Positions 48,041 to 58,852 of a DNA stretch of 64,000 nt are shown here, piece by piece (positions within the stretch are counted from its first letter, which is position 1; every line of letters starts with the position of its first letter). Location of the stretch: positions 62,992,001 to 63,056,000 of the forward strand of contig CM060732.1 in assembly GCA_030704615.1 (NCBI GenBank), in the 5' to 3' direction. The translations under genes and the position numbers were made by a program. Source of the stretch: Takakia lepidozioides. Taxonomy: Eukaryota > Plantae > Bryophyta. The notes below the pieces were generated by a model that did not search any database, had not been told where the DNA came from, and saw only the letters and a list, made by a program, of their open reading frames with translations.

Positions 48041-50117
48041 ACAGATCCACTGAGCCTCCAGAGTCCAAGCAAAGGATGCACATTTTCAAGGGACTCTTTG
48101 AACTCGAAATGATGGCGGTAGTGCGAGAGTATGTTCAAGATTCGGAAAATCTACTACCGGGAGCTCCTAATCATATGTCCAAAGACAAGAAATGACTCAG
48201 AAATTCTTTTTTCTAGGAAATGCCTACAGCATCAAGCTGCAGTGGACGTTTGCCTGTTAACAACAAAATCCTCCTCGGTCACTCATCTGCGCTCAAGCTG
48301 AATGTGTGAATTCGAGCAATTACCTGTGGCCTTACATGACAGCAAGGGAGAGTTGAAAATAAGCCTGGTTCAGAACTTATCTTCATTCAACACGTCCTTG
48401 GATTTTCAATGCTCATTAGATTAAATGGATCTATGTTTTCTTTGGGAGAATCGGCGACAACTGTGCCTGCAATCTTGAAACAAGTTTATTACATTATATA
48501 TGTGTAGGTTTTTCATATAAAGCTTAGTATACATTTTGCCTTCGGACCCAATCGTGCAGACTCGAGATCTTCATGGTTTCGGCATTTTACAAACTAGGTG
48601 CAATTAGCTTAAGACGTATATGTGGTCGAACCACATATAAGAACTAGTATGTATTGTTGAAGTTATGGACTGAATCTTGCCTCTTGGGCCCAATCGCTAG
48701 AACTAAGTGCTTTTGCAGAGCAGATTTATCAGATTTCAAAACTAAAGGATGCAGTACTTATCTCTGACGTTGACTACAACTCCTGTATCAGCCATGGCAA
48801 GCTTCAATAGCCGTAAGGCGAGAAAGCAGCACCTCGAATGCGCACACTAAACTGAATTCTTTATATAATCCTGAGCATTGGGTAATTACGTAGGTGAAAG
48901 TCACTATACCGACCGCTCAACTGTACATCTATCTATGTTAGCTTATTCTAAGTTACATAGTTTAGAATATTAAGCTGCTAATCTAGATCGTAAACATGCA
49001 AGATCACTAGTCTACCACTTGAGCTACACATCTACAGCACTTGCCAAGCAAAATCTGGCAGTAGTTAGCACTTAAATGTATGAAAATTTTCTCTCTATAT
49101 TTGTGCATGCATGGATTGGAGCCTAACTGTTTGGTGTGGCTGGATGTTCTGTGGTCTTGTAAAAGGTCGATGCAAGCTTCAAAATTTTAGTAGGAGAGTA
49201 AGTACTGACAATTTAAGTTCGCACACTGAAAAGTAGATAACTTTGTGGCTTCCAGTGGTGTAGTTCCCATTGATTTTGCGGACATTTCTCTCGAACCCAA
49301 TGGTTCGGTATAACAGAGTCCCTACCCTGTCTGTTCTACCCCATTCCACCCAAAAAATCATGTCTGGAGTTCTATAGGAGGGGGGAAAGGGCAGTAAACT
49401 ATGCGAAATTGAGCCGAGAATTGAGCTCACAGACTCAGGCCCAGCAAGGCGAGCTTGGATATATGTCACGAATCAGGTTAGAGTGGAATCTACTATTGCG
49501 AACTTAGCAAGGAAACATGCTACAATCATTATTATAATTACTTACGCCAAGCTTAAATATGGAGCTAGCTGAGATGACTTCCTTCGAGCTTCCTTCATGC
49601 ATTACTGTTCTGTATTCCCTCTGTATTGTTGTCGCTCAAGCCAAGCTCTTGGGCTGCGAGAAAGATAGTTGCCACCCGGTGTAAAATCTCAATCTTTACT
49701 CCGCAAACTGTCCACTCGTAGAAATCTCTGGGTGCTGGCCTGTCCGCCTTTGTTTGAACTGGCCAATCGTATCTCCTTGAGCAAGGATCGCGGCTGCTAA
49801 GCTGTTTGTACCATACCAATCGGGATAATCCCAACAAAGGAACGATATTCTGACCAGTAGTCCGGGAGGCGATCGAGCAGATACTTTGGCCTGTTGGTGC
49901 TTAGTGCCAAGTTTGGTGACATGGATCCGAAAATGTGGTTTCATCCATGTAGAGGTGCGACCATATCATGCAAATCACACTTCGATTGGTGCAGCAGGAC
50001 CGATCTGAAGCACTGGTAATGTTAACCATAGCATCATCCCATGCGCTCCATCAAACAATTCGAAATTTTGACGACCATTGCGGTAATTTAAGCCTTTTGG
50101 CTGACTTCCAAGTTTCT

Positions 50118-50465
50118 CTAATTTCTTGTAACGGGGCTAGCTTGGTTGCCACCTGTACTAGGAGATCCTGAAGATGGGGTCTGTTTCCTCTCACTCATTT
50201 TACTGAAGTTGAGAATTCTCCTTGGTGGACGAGTGGTGTCTACATTCTTTACGCTCATGGTGACAAAGCCTTCCACAGCTACATTCCTAGTCGGCTTGGC
50301 TGCATGTTGAAGACTGACACGATTTTGTCGTGGAGATGACAGTGATGGTGAGTCGATGCAAGAAAATCCTCTCTGAGGAAGCCGTGTCTTTCTAGACTCT
50401 GCACAGTCGACTAGCAGTGCAGCGAGCAACAAGAACAGTAACAGCTTAGCTACAAAATTGGGCAT
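50118..50465 (-). CDS. Small secreted peptide precursor (115 aa) with near-C-terminal TPSSGSPSTGGN
   Basis: Signal peptide KLLLFLLLAALLVDCAES-R, variable region, then RK before an S/G/P-rich motif. TATA-like sequence near 50643. Confidence 0.7.
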   Translation of the reverse strand: MPNFVAKLLLFLLLAALLVDCAESRKTRLPQRGFSCIDSPSLSSPRQNRVSLQHAAKPTRNVAVEGFVTMSVKNVDTTRPPRRILNFSKMSERKQTPSSGSPSTGGNQASPVTRN

Positions 50466-52479
50466 AGTGGGGGCACAGCAATGACTCCTACACTAGAATG
50501 CGGAAGTTTCGAAAGTTTTGAAGTTTTCTCATCGATTGTCACATCTTGAGCTGGATATGAGATTTTGCGAGGTTGGCAACAAGATTTTTTACTTTGCGTA
50601 TGATGGAAGGTGGAGTTTTGGAGCAAGGATTGATGACGGGCTTATAAGGGGCAGCCTGACACATACGGTGGCGTAAAGACTGCGTACATACGTTCCCGTA
50701 AAGCATACTTCGCCCACCCTATTTAGGGGCAGTCCCTTGCTTTGCCCACCTTCCTTGCTTGGCAAGCCAGCGGCTCTCATTTACGTTGGATTCGGGCAAG
50801 AGTCTTTTCTCTACGTCTTACTATAGAAGTTACTCGCTTTTTAGTCATAACATAGAAGTTACTCTCTTTTTTTTCTCTTCCTCCTCATGTCTATGTGGAT
50901 CACGCGGGCGGCCACCTGCAAGCCTTCCTTGGGTTTTTTTCTTTAGTTTTCGGTTATCGAAAGTGGTGGGTCAATCGAGGACTACAGGTAGTGGTATTTA
51001 GAAGTGTACCTTGTTACCTTGTCGGATGATTTTCTCGATCCTACAAGGAGGCTACAACGAACGAAAATTGGTTTTCGTTTGTAGCGTTGAGAAAATCCTC
51101 GCACAAGGTAACAAGCCTGAGCAAGAGCTGACATGGCGATGGAAAACGGTTGCAGACCTGCGCACGTCAGGAGGTGTGAATTAAACAAATGTTACCAGCC
51201 GCCTCACACTCCAAGGTCAACAGATCGTTGAGATAGTTCCAGCTGCTGTGTCCGGCAAGAGGTGGCACCGTAACACCTGTTTCCACATGTTTGTTGTTTG
51301 TTGAGGGAAGACTTTGCGGCTACAGATGCAAACCCTGAACTTCCTCCATTAACGTTAGAAGTTAGATGCTAGAACCCACTGATCTATGTATTATCAGAAC
51401 GCAAATGCATTTGGTAGGGAATTTGGTGAGTCCCTTGATGGTCCATCAAGGATCTAACTTGCTGATTAGCACCCATATCCTGTTAACCTAGTGACTGCGC
51501 GTGGACGGAAGATGTAGCGCCCAAGCCGTCGAGGACGCGTCGCTGAAGATGTAAGTATCTGGGCTCCAGCTTTGGGCTCCAGCTTTGAACCCCACAGAGT
51601 CTCTCCAGAAAGTTGAGGGAGGAAGAACAGGGGGCACTCCCCTGGCGCGACTCGTGTTCACTGTGACAAGTCGGGCCCAAGTCTTCCCCTTAGGGATCAG
51701 CATTGTATTAAATGAACATTGTCATGCTGTCCGGGTCTTTTGATCTTGAGAATGTGGCAAGAGGAAGGGATCGATATATATGAAGCAAGGTTGTTTGTTT
51801 GTTTGTTTCGTTTGGTAGGGGGCAGCCCTAAAGCCCTAGATGACGAGGGGGGCAGCGGCTTGGGTCTCATGATTTTTGGACCTGCGATGTGGGAGATATG
51901 GAATTCCAAGTCCTTTCGTCGCTGGAAATTCGTGAAAAATAACAAAGTGGGCTTTCGTGGAACAATGATTGGATACATTACTACTCAATAAATTCATGGA
52001 AAAAAATCCCTCACGTACGAAGATGGTATCATTATTTCAATATTTTAAGTCATTTCCTTTGATATTCATCCAATATTGTTTTCCTTCTACAAAGCAGCAT
52101 GCCTCCTAGACAATGGCCTCCACATATGACAGTGGACACTTGGGCCAACTGCACAGGCTATCCTAGTACTGATGATACAACAAAGGATGTGCTACAAGAA
52201 ATTTAGTTCTTTACACGCTTTACTTTTTTTATCGGACACAGCCACTACAGTTTCAACTAAAATTTAAGACAAAGATGTCGCAATGTTTTTTTGTTATGCA
52301 CAACTAGGTAACCTGTCACCTCACCCAATTCCATTACCCTACCTATAACCGTCACCTATAAAAACCCATCATTTGCAAATCCGTCGGATCAAGAGGTCCC
52401 AAGGTTCACACAGAACACATGTTTAGACATCATTGGATGAAGAATCATAGATGGATGATTTGAATGGGTGAGTCTGCTG

Positions 52480-52570
52480 ATGGGAATGGGGGAGGCTGCT
52501 GACATGAATAGATGAGGCTGTTAACATGAATAGGCGAGCCTACTAACATGAACTATAGGCGAGTCTATTT
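52480..52570. repeat. Degenerate ~22-bp tandem repeat
   Basis: gaggctgctgacatgaatag variants, 3-4 copies. Confidence 0.55.
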
Positions 52571-52740
52571 CTAACTAAGGTGAATATTCAGAACTAATTC
52601 GTAACTACTCCAAAAATCAAGAAACATTTGGGATGGGTTCCAAATTACATTGCCAATATAGGACAAATAATGCCTCTTAAGAGGAAAATGTTTTTTAGGT
52701 GTATTTTTTATTCCAGCAATTTTGGGTGAGGTTACCTTAA

Positions 52741-53498
52741 CCCTTAAGTTCCCAAGCCCTTTTTTGACTTTTTACCAATTTTGGGTACCCAGCTGCAGTA
52801 AATTGCCCCTAGAAACCTACCGAAAATCATCCAGAGATTCCAGCCTTACAGCAATGGGCCCAGCTCATTTATGCATGACATACCAAAAAAGGAGCCAAGT
52901 CCACCGTGGAAATTGTGAGATTATAGCGTTGGCCCAGACCTCAAATATCAGGTCCCAAAGAAAAGGTGAGAAAGAAATTGGTTTGACCAAATCAAAACCT
53001 AGCTTTATCCAATTTTGCTTGCCCCAAGACCCACCATTTCCAAATCAATAGTAGAGTGGCTATGACCCCACTAAATTGCAGGTCCAACTGATTTTTTCAC
53101 CTATGCTTGCTATTCATGCAATTACATGGGGGTTGAAATCTCAAAATTGAGAAGTACTTTTTTTTCTACAAAAGTTTTGAAAGCCAAGGTGAAGTGCTTT
53201 TTCCAAAATTGCTAATTTCAAAAATGGCCTTTGGAGTGCAATCTGTTTTGGGCTTGTTTACCTGCCACGTCAGCGGTCAACAGCCCTTTTCAGGCCCAAA
53301 ACATAAAAATGAGATCTAAGATATTTTTAGTAGGTCGCAGCTTTTGTTTTTTTTTAGTTTTGTTTTTTGCATCGTACTGGAGACAAATCCCTTGTCATTA
53401 AAGCTTCAGGAGTGGGCCCCATCAGATTAGATCTGCAAAAATTAGGTCGAACCTCAAATTCAAAGTGACCCGATTCAGGTCGCTTGGGAACTTAAGGG
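52741..53498. mobile_element. Non-autonomous piggyBac-like element (758 bp)
   Basis: Perfect 17-bp TIR CCCTTAAGTTCCCAAGC; TTAA on both sides. Confidence 0.8.
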
Positions 53499-53661
53499 TT
53501 AAGAAGTAGAATGAGAGATTTGAAACCAGTTTGGCTAAGAAATTGTGATTGTTGGGTTCCATCCTAGTATTATATATATATGTAACGTTTTTATTTTATT
53601 CTTAATAAAGAGGAGAAGAGACCCTGAAAGCTTTATTCAAAATTATTGGAGGGGAAAAAAT

Positions 53662-54305
53662 GGAAGATAATAGGAATAATGTAAGAACTTAATGGACGCG
53701 TGTGATCTGACAGTACTTTCGCCGGATTCCGGCAACCTGGGCTCCTCCGGCAGGGCTCCTGTCAAATCCTCCCCACCCCATATTATCTCGGTTTCACTAT
53801 TAAATACTTATGAATCCAAGTGGGTTGCAAGCTATGGTGGGTAGCGCGATGGTAAGTTGATAGCAATGGAGGCGGCGTGGTTCTGGGTTCAGTTCCTGAT
53901 GGGAGGCTGTGGCAGTGTAACCCCGGTTGATGTAACCCTATACTCGGTGTAACCCCGGTTGATGTAACCCTACACTCGGTGTAACCCCGATTGATGTAAC
54001 CCTCCACTCGGTGTAACCCTGGTTGATGTAACCCTCCACTTGGTGTAACCCTCTGTAACCTCGATTTCTCAGGTAACTCTGGTTGGTCCATTTTATACTT
54101 AGCCACATTTGGACTTAGTCAAATTTCGAGACAAAGTGTGGGTTACACACCTGCTCGTGTAACCCCGACTGGAGTTGACACTCCTTCAGTTCCATGTCAC
54201 CCTCAAGAGAGAGTGGGGAAGTTTTGACATGCCAGAAACCGGCGTACCATCCTGTCAGAGGTTGCACATGTACATTAAGTTCTTACATTATTCCTATTAT
54301 CTTCC
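53662..54305. mobile_element. Mutator-like MITE, copy A (644 bp)
   Basis: Perfect 33-bp TIR GGAAGATAATAGGAATAATGTAAGAACTTAATG; 9-bp TSD ggaaaaaat / ggaataaat. Confidence 0.85.
53915..54060. repeat. 32-bp tandem repeat, 4+ copies, inside MITE A
   Basis: gtgtaaccccggttgatgtaaccct(a/c)(t/c)actcg repeated. Confidence 0.9.
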
Positions 54306-54394
54306 GGAATAAATTTAGAATTCGGTAGTTAGAACCCACCAATGAGGGAAAATCTTTAATTTTGTTTTTGAAATAAAAGAAGGGAGCCCCTTTG

Positions 54395-54933
54395 GGAAGA
54401 TAGTAGAAATAATGTAAGGACTTGATGCACACCTGCAACCTCTAACAGGACTCCGGTCTCTGGCATGTCAAATCTTCCCCACCCTCTCTTGAGAGTGACA
54501 TGGAACTGAAGGAGTGTAAACTCCAGTCAGTGTTACATAGGTTACACGATGAGGTGTCACTTGGTCTCGAAATTTGACTAAGTCCAAATGTGGTCAAGTA
54601 TGAAATGGACTAACTATAGTCACATGAGAAATCGGGGTTACTGAGGGTTACACGGATTGGAGTACTACCGGGGACACGTAGGTTACCGGGTACTACCGGG
54701 TAGTGTACACTACGAGAACCTCCCATCAAGAATCCAACCCGGAACCTTGCCACCTGCATTGTTAACACCTTACCATCAAGCTACCCACATAAATCCCTCT
54801 TGGATTTTTAAGTATTTAATAGTGAAACCCATGGGGATGAATTGAGAGGGGCCTTGTCGGAGGAGCCCAGGCTGCCGAAATCCGGCAAAGATCGCACGTG
54901 TCCATTAAGTTTACATTATTCCTATTGTCTTTC
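54395..54933. mobile_element. Mutator-like MITE, copy B, inverted relative to A and more diverged
   Basis: Reverse complement of copy A along its length; degenerate TIRs; no TSD recognisable. Confidence 0.8.
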
Positions 54934-55567
54934 ATTACCCTATAAATCATATTTAAAAGGAATCATGGATAATTAATATTGATATGATGCCATAACAGCC
55001 TTTATATTAATTAATAGTTCTATGGTTCTTGTTTTCTTTTCTTTTGGGGCCTGCCTCTGCATAGCCCCCTAGCTAGTAATAAGCTACTAATTTAGTAAGT
55101 AATTACTTACTTAAGTAAGAAGAGCCCGGAGATATAGGAGAGCCAGGCGGTGGGACCTTCTAGAAGGGTGGGACAAGTGCAGACCCTAATCAGGCCCACT
55201 CCCACCCCCACACAGTCCCCAATTTAATAGGTATCACCATCCCCTATTTAATAGCTATTAGCTTCCTGCAGTCTTTTTTCGGACCCTTCATTTCGTTAAT
55301 TAATACAGGTGGCCTTATTACATTGGCCCCCTCTTTTAACTCATGGACCACGCTAATTCCTAGAATTAACCGGGCCAGAATGAAATTGCTTTACATATTT
55401 ACGTCTTACAAAAGATAACACCAGACTGAGGCTCGAGCCTAGTATGACGGCAGGGTAAACTTCGTACATTAATATATTAAAATTTATAATGGGGATACAT
55501 TATAATGATAATCGGATGATATAAAAATATATTTATTCTAGATCGATAGGATTACCATGGGTTCACA

Positions 55568-55890
55568 CCAATGTTGGGCGGGTAATTAAATTTCTCTCTA
55601 ATACCCAGCGGTTACCTATCCGGTTATATATATATATGACCGGCGGAGGTGAGAAAATGAAGGACCGGTCCAGTTACGAACCGGCGGAGGTCAAGCATTC
55701 AAATAACCAAGCAAAGAACCTCTTAAAGAACCGCCCAATACCACGGTTATTTGATGAAAACCGTCGGTTATTTGAGGTTTTTGCAAGTAACCATAACCGT
55801 AGGTTAGCCATAAAAATTTTAATAACCACAGGTTAATAGTTTCCTAAAATTTGAAGTAACCAGATCCGCCGGTTATGATAAAAATCAAAT
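55568..55890. mobile_element. Possible hAT-type MITE remnant
   Basis: Dense AACCG/CGGTT motifs typical of hAT subterminal regions; ends not defined. Confidence 0.35.
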
Positions 55891-56344
55891 AACCTTTTTT
55901 TTTTTTTTTTTTTTCAAAGGAAACCTGGGAGCGACAGCCCACAATTCAGCCCCCCTTTCATTTATGGGCCATGAGGCCTACAGGACTATCACAGATCAGA
56001 CCTAGATCTCTACCTGAAAGGCGGTTTCCTCATTGGATCAACTCGGATCTGAAAAATACGTGTTCCTCGGTAGAAATCCACCGACGTTTTGCTCGACATT
56101 GGGCGAAACCAGCCTTTATGTCTAGTGAGTTATTGTTAATACTTCATGGTTCGGATCTTTATTTACAAATATAAACATTTTTATTTTTATTTTTTGGACA
56201 GGGAACAGTGTCCCTGGATGGAAACTTTAATAAACATTTGAAAATTACAAGAGTATGGAAACACCAAAGAAAGCAAATATATGGATCTAAAATGCATCTT
56301 CGTTCCAAGGGGATCTAGGAGAGTGCAACTCAGGTACGAGTTAC

Positions 56345-56495
56345 ACTCTCTTCCATGTAACCAGTGTAACCCAGAGTGGAGTTACACTCCCTTCAGTTCC
56401 ATGTCACTCTCAGAGAGAAGGCTGTGGAAGATTTGACATGCCGGAAACCAGCCGACCGTCCTGGGTTGCTTGTGTGCATGAAGTTTTTACACTAA
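56345..56495. repeat. Partial third copy of the MITE A family
   Basis: cactcccttcagttccatgtcac...ttgacatgcc matches 54170-54290. Confidence 0.7.
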
Positions 56496-57106
56496 CTTAC
56501 TGCTAGTGGTCTCCCACATGGCGGCCTTTCCGACCAATCGGCTCACTAAAAAGAAAACAACTGAAAAGCTCAAAAATTAAAATGATATTTCTTCTTTTCT
56601 GGCTAAACCCCCTCTTAGGTTTAGCCGAAACCTGTCGACGTGGCCAGCTACAATGAGGCAATATCTGTGACTTCGCTTTCGGAAGTTCCCCGTGTTGCAG
56701 CGTTGCTCCAAGTCAACAGGCCCGGAAAAGGACAACTGGAGTGCCACGTCATCGGGGCGAGGAACGCTGACCGAACAAGAGACACAAAGGGATAAGTTAC
56801 ATGGAGTGTGTCACGCTGCTGCAGCGATCGTCTCTTCCATGCACTGTGACCACTTGACGCTTGGGGATTCACGAGTTGTGGATTCAAGAGTTTGAGGTTG
56901 AAGAAGATCGCTTGAGCCAAGGAAATGGGTTCAGCGCCGAGCTCCTTAGGATCCAGTTCAACTGCTGAGGATGTAACTGCCGGTTTGGACCTGCATTCGA
57001 AAACTGTGCTGGTTACTGGTAGCTTACTTAATCCTCCTTTGTTAGAGTCGTCATGAACACGTAGTTTACTCTTTGGCATTTTTGCACCCTCTTGATTGCA
57101 CCCTAA

Positions 57107-57430
57107 TTATCCTCCATCGATGTTTTGATGACAGTTTATGCAGTGTGGTGCCCTGGCACCAAACCAATTTAATAACCGCTTGCAATTGCCCACTGGATTA
57201 TTGTTTGGAGGGTTCTTATGAAACAAACAACCACGCAGGTGAGAGATATATATCCGTAGAGGAGGGAAACGAAATGTGGAATACATTTGACTTGAATTAG
57301 CCCTTGCATAATACCTTGCTTTGCATATCTTCTTGAATCCTGCCAATTGGCCCTAATGCTAAGATCCAGACACTGCACGCACACATATACAGAGGGAGGA
57401 AAGAATCAGGAAGAAGGGGAGGATCGGAGT
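57107..57430 (-). pseudogene. Decayed H-type CLE (TDIF-like) precursor candidate
   Basis: One frame reads ILPFFLILSSLCICVRAVSGS*H*GQ...LFHKNPPNNNPVGN; no in-frame ATG found upstream of the signal-like segment. Confidence 0.5.
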
Positions 57431-57887
57431 TGGAGCATTGAGTTCCGATTCTACAAGCTATACTCCTAATTCGAAGAGTATGGACGAATAGTCCTTAAGT
57501 AGCTTTGTGACACAAGATTCCAGCAGCTTCTGGGTGAATCAGAAGGAAAGAGACTACAGAACAGAGTTTCCTCATGAGAACAAGAGAAATGAAATGAAAT
57601 GAAATGGTGCTTTATAACGTCCGCGGAAAGCTCATAGAGTTTATGGGACAAAATGGAAAGAAAAACATGAGAGAAAACAGGAAGCCAGAGAGATAAGCAC
57701 TATTGTTCTAGTGATTGTCTAAGGGTGAATGCCTCGTGCAGGTAGGCTGCCAAACATTTCTGATCTTCATAGTGAAAGACCTCAGTGAGAGATTGGGTTC
57801 CACGGAATAGACAATGGAATCTCCCACGTATCTCATAGAGAGAGAGAACGTATGGATGGCAGCTAAAATCACAGATATGGATTGCAG

Positions 57888-58398
57888 GAGCGACGTCTGG
57901 TTTAGGAATGGAGACATCAAGGGTGTTGGCAAAGAGAGGGGCACATGTCATTTTAGCTGTCCGCAATACAAAGAAAGGAGAGGAAGTGAAAGCGAAGATT
58001 TTGGAGTCGACTCCAACTGCCCTCTTGGATGTTTTGGAACTCGACCTCAACTCTCTCTCAGCTGTTCGCAAATTCGCAGCTGATTTCAAGTCGAGAAATT
58101 TCCCTCTCAATATTCTTATGTAAGCTTTTCCCTCTTAGTATTGATGCACAGAACTCCTGCAAATTTTGCTTTGGTAGGTTGAACGAGGAGGGCTTGGAAG
58201 TGATGTTGGTCCTGGCTGTGCATGACATTAGACAACTTTGATCTTCGTGAATTCTTCTTACCTGGTATAGAGAGCCAGCTGTGGGTAAGCTTACAAAGAT
58301 CGGCTTGCATATGAACAGCAATAATGCAGGGGTAGTGTTGGGCAATTTCCAGCAGTCAGAAGATGGTCTTGAGAAGACTTTTGCCACCAATCATATTG
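57888..58398 (+). CDS. Tic32-like SDR, exons 2-3 (57888-58119, 58319-58398); partial
   Basis: (G)ATSGLGMETSRVLAKRGAHVILAVRN...LELDLNSLSAVRKFA...LNILI|NNAGV...DGLEKTFATNHIG, with canonical splice sites. Later exons are not in the window. Confidence 0.9.
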
Positions 58399-58852
58399 GT
58401 AAGCCAGAGCATCTCACTCTCTCTTTTTCTCTCATCTCTCTCTCTCTTTTTCTCCCTGTCCTCTAGGAAGCCTATTGCCATTGGGTGGACTTGATACGGG
58501 AGTACATTAATGTCTCTGTGACTAAATGCCGGCCTTGTGACCTCGTGTCCTTGTTTGTTTCGACCTGAAGCGCTTTGCTCCAGGTAAGGTAGTGCATTGG
58601 ATTTAGTTGGAAAGCTTGGGGCCTTTCCCTCTTTAGAATATGCCTACACGGGCCATTCCCTGCAACTCCCTGGAGAGATCGGTAACAAGCGGACCCCTAC
58701 CGCTTGGGGGCAGCCCCTCCGCCCAAATTGGGCAGTCGTATGCTCTGTATAGCATACTCGGCACTTGGGCTCGGGTTGGTTCCTGTGCTTAAACTTACAG
58801 CCTGCGAGATCAATCAAAATTTTAGATCCTATCAACATCAACACTCCCCAGG

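Noticed and set aside
53915-54060. 32-bp repeats as a CRISPR array
   Set aside because: Units are contiguous with no unique spacers, and they lie inside a MITE in eukaryotic DNA.
55895-56220. Poly-T tracts suggesting minus-strand retroposon tails
   Set aside because: No body homology, TSD or pol III boxes identified.
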